Assembly (NCBI GenBank): GCA_019661785.1
Contig: JAIFWP010000002.1
Span: forward strand, 39,059-103,058
Length of the DNA stretch: 64,000 nt
Source: Candidatus Parcubacteria bacterium
GTDB lineage: Bacteria; Patescibacteriota; Minisyncoccia; Phycocordibacterales; Zambryskibacteraceae
Reading direction: 5' to 3'
Made by a program: the position numbers and the translations under genes. The first letter of the stretch is position 1. Every line of letters starts with the position of its first letter. This document shows, piece after piece, positions 62,160 through 64,000 of the stretch. A model generated the notes under the pieces. It was given only the letters and a program-made list of their open reading frames with translations, searched no databases and had not been told where the DNA came from.

Positions 62160-63689
62160 ATGTCACTCAAACTCGCCTTTTTGCTCATGTTGCTCGCCGC
62201 TGGAGCCGGTACCGGCTTCGGCTATTTGCTGCGCCTTATTGTGGCCTTCGGCAAGAAGGGTTCCGTCGAGCTCGATGTGAAGCAAATGGAACTCCGAGCC
62301 AAGGAGGAGGCCCAGGCTGTCCTAGACAAAGCTGACGCCGAGGCCAAAGAGCTTGTAGATAAGGCCCAGTCCGAGATTAAGGAGCGCGAGGAGAGGAACA
62401 AGAAGACCGAAGACCGTTTGATAAAGAAGGAGGAACTTCTCGACAATAGACAAGTAGACCTCGATAAGGAGGCCGAGTATATAAAGGAGAAGGCTGCCGA
62501 GATACGCGCTATCAAGGAGAGGGCTGACGAGCTCATAGCCGCACGCACCTTGGAGCTCTCGCGTGTGGCTGGACTCACAGGCGCAGAGGCTCGCGAGGAG
62601 CTCTTGCGCCAAGTGGAGCGCTCGGCTGAGGAAGACCTCTTGATACGCATGCAGAAGCTCGAGCGCGAGGCCGAGGAGCGCATGGACAGCCGCGCCAAGG
62701 AAATATTGGCTACCTCCATCCAGCGCTTGGCCTCCTCTATATCGGGCGAGATGATGTCGACCAACATCCCACTTCCCTCTGACGAGCTCAAGGGCAAGAT
62801 TATCGGCAAGGAAGGTAGGAACATCAAGGCTTTTGAACGAGCTACAGGCGTCGAGGTCATCGTCGACGATACGCCAGGAGCTATCACTATTGCATCCTTT
62901 GACCCTGTGCGACGCGCCGTAGCTAGAGTGGCGCTTGATAACCTCATTGCTGATGGACGCATCCAGCCAGCCAAGATTGAGGAGTTCGTCGACAAGGCCA
63001 AAGTAGAAGTAAATAAGATTATTAAGGAGAAGGGCGAGCAAGCTGCCTACGAGTGCGGAGTCTATAACCTTGATCCTAAGCTCTTGTCCATACTCGGACG
63101 ACTCTACTTCCGCACTTCGTATGGGCAAAATGTGCTCGAGCACTCAGTTGAGATGTCTCACCTTGCAGGCATGATAGCCGAGGAGCTCAAGGCCAATGTG
63201 GCTGTGGCCAAGGCTGGCGCGCTTCTCCACGACATAGGCAAGGCTCTTGATCACGAGGTTGCCGGCACGCATGTCGAGATTGGCAGGAAGATATTGCAGA
63301 AGTTCGGCGTCTCAGAAGATATAATGAAGGCTATGCAGGCTCACCATGGCGAGTATCCATATGAGACCGTCGAGAGCGTTATCGTCCAGACAGCCGATGC
63401 TATCTCCGGTGGACGCCCAGGCGCTAGGCGCGACACCGTTGAGCACTACCTTAAGCGTCTAGAGGACCTTGAGCGCATTGCCACCTCCTTCGACGGTGTA
63501 GAGAAGGCCTATGCCCTCCAGGCAGGGCGCGAGATACGCGTCTTCGTCGAGCCGGGCAAGGTCGGAGACCTAGAGGCCAAGAATATGGCTAGGAATATAG
63601 CTATAAGGATAGAGAAGGAGCTCCGCTACCCTGGCGAGATTAAGGTCAATGTCATAAGAGAGAATCGGTCTATCGAGTTCGCGCGCTAG
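62160..63689 (+). CDS. rny: Ribonuclease Y
   Basis: An N-terminal TM, then a coiled-coil, a KH domain (GKIIGKEGRNIKAFERATGVEV), and an HD domain (LLHDIGKA...HH). Confidence 0.85.
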   Translation: MSLKLAFLLMLLAAGAGTGFGYLLRLIVAFGKKGSVELDVKQMELRAKEEAQAVLDKADAEAKELVDKAQSEIKEREERNKKTEDRLIKKEELLDNRQVDLDKEAEYIKEKAAEIRAIKERADELIAARTLELSRVAGLTGAEAREELLRQVERSAEEDLLIRMQKLEREAEERMDSRAKEILATSIQRLASSISGEMMSTNIPLPSDELKGKIIGKEGRNIKAFERATGVEVIVDDTPGAITIASFDPVRRAVARVALDNLIADGRIQPAKIEEFVDKAKVEVNKIIKEKGEQAAYECGVYNLDPKLLSILGRLYFRTSYGQNVLEHSVEMSHLAGMIAEELKANVAVAKAGALLHDIGKALDHEVAGTHVEIGRKILQKFGVSEDIMKAMQAHHGEYPYETVESVIVQTADAISGGRPGARRDTVEHYLKRLEDLERIATSFDGVEKAYALQAGREIRVFVEPGKVGDLEAKNMARNIAIRIEKELRYPGEIKVNVIRENRSIEFAR

Positions 63690-63758
63690 TCGAGTAGCAC
63701 AAAAAAACGGCTTAATATATAATCTTTGTGGGTTTACCAATACTAATAATCGTAGAAA

Positions 63759-64000
63759 ATGAATAAGCAGGCAATTGTAGAAGCCGTTCACGGCAAACTC
63801 GGCGGCACCAAGGTGCAGGCTGAGGAAGTTGTCGATACTGTCATCGAGAGTATCGTCGGAACCTTGAAGAAGGGCGGCGAAGTCTCCATTGCCGGTCTAG
63901 GCATCTTCTCCACGAAGACGAGAGCTGCTAGGCAGGCGCGCAATCCGCGCACTGGCGAGAGCATCTCTGTCCCCTCGATGCGCGTACCCAAGTTCCGCCC
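63759..64000 (+). CDS. hup: HU-family DNA-binding protein (N-terminal 80 aa; runs off window end)
   Basis: MNKQAIVEAVHGKLGGTKVQAEEVVDTVIESIVGTLKKGGEVSIAGLGIFSTKTRAARQARNPRTGESISVP matches HU/IHF. Confidence 0.7.
   Translation, partial: MNKQAIVEAVHGKLGGTKVQAEEVVDTVIESIVGTLKKGGEVSIAGLGIFSTKTRAARQARNPRTGESISVPSMRVPKFR

Noticed and set aside
62222-63143. 259-aa and 273-aa minus-strand ORFs inside rny
   Set aside because: They are antisense to a complete RNase Y with TM, KH and HD domains. Their translations are Ser/Leu/Arg-rich antisense frames.
1-64000. CRISPR arrays, rRNA genes, IS elements or transposases, and prophage genes
   Set aside because: I found no short direct repeat-spacer arrays, no rRNA-like conserved segments, and no transposase or integrase other than the single Xer-type recombinase. 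The compositional islands are single-gene cassettes without recognisable mobility genes.

Overview
This window is a gene-dense stretch (about 52% G+C by eye, frequent ATA codons) from a small-genome bacterium, consistent with a CPR/Patescibacteria-like organism.

Housekeeping content:
- The replication-origin neighbourhood is present: dnaN and dnaA on the minus strand, DnaA boxes in the dnaN-dnaA spacer, and rpmH-rnpA-yidC on the plus strand.
- Other recognised genes include secE-nusG, rplS, rpsT, rpsO, ruvA, ruvB, ruvC, ruvX, yebC, polA, tsaE, a murE-like ligase, fpg, tyrS, a PBP1A, pcrA/uvrD, rsmA, comM, nusA, ppa, a PPIase-less trigger factor, clpP, rny, hup and xerC.
- I found 10 tRNAs (His, Leu-GAG, Val, Leu-CAG, Arg-TCT, Ser, Arg with an unusual GCG anticodon, Lys) and no rRNA or CRISPR.

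Accessory content:
1. An 11-gene minus-strand operon at 34858-46142 with the hallmarks of a Gram-positive-type type IV secretion/conjugation-like apparatus. It encodes a VirB4 ATPase apparently split into two ORFs, a PrgI/VirB3-like protein, a giant VirB6-like membrane protein, a VirB2-like pilin fused to a Cys-rich domain, Cys-repeat and beta-propeller secreted proteins, and no relaxase or coupling protein.
2. A pilM-pilN-pilO cluster with a distant pilB ATPase (type IV pilus).
3. A 1080-aa secreted protein with 31-aa tandem repeats.
4. Four compact, markedly GC-richer genes (two are lipoproteins). Each has its own strong terminator, and some have consensus promoters or AGGAGGG Shine-Dalgarno sites unlike host genes. 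They look like horizontally acquired cassettes.

Other oddities:
- An in-frame 27-bp tandem duplication of the HLHIEVR active-site motif in a LysM-M23 peptidase.
- A standalone HolA C-terminal-domain ORF after polA.
- A 13-mer containing a DnaA-box shared between the origin region and the nusA promoter.
- An unexplained ~300-bp non-coding gap upstream of ruvB.
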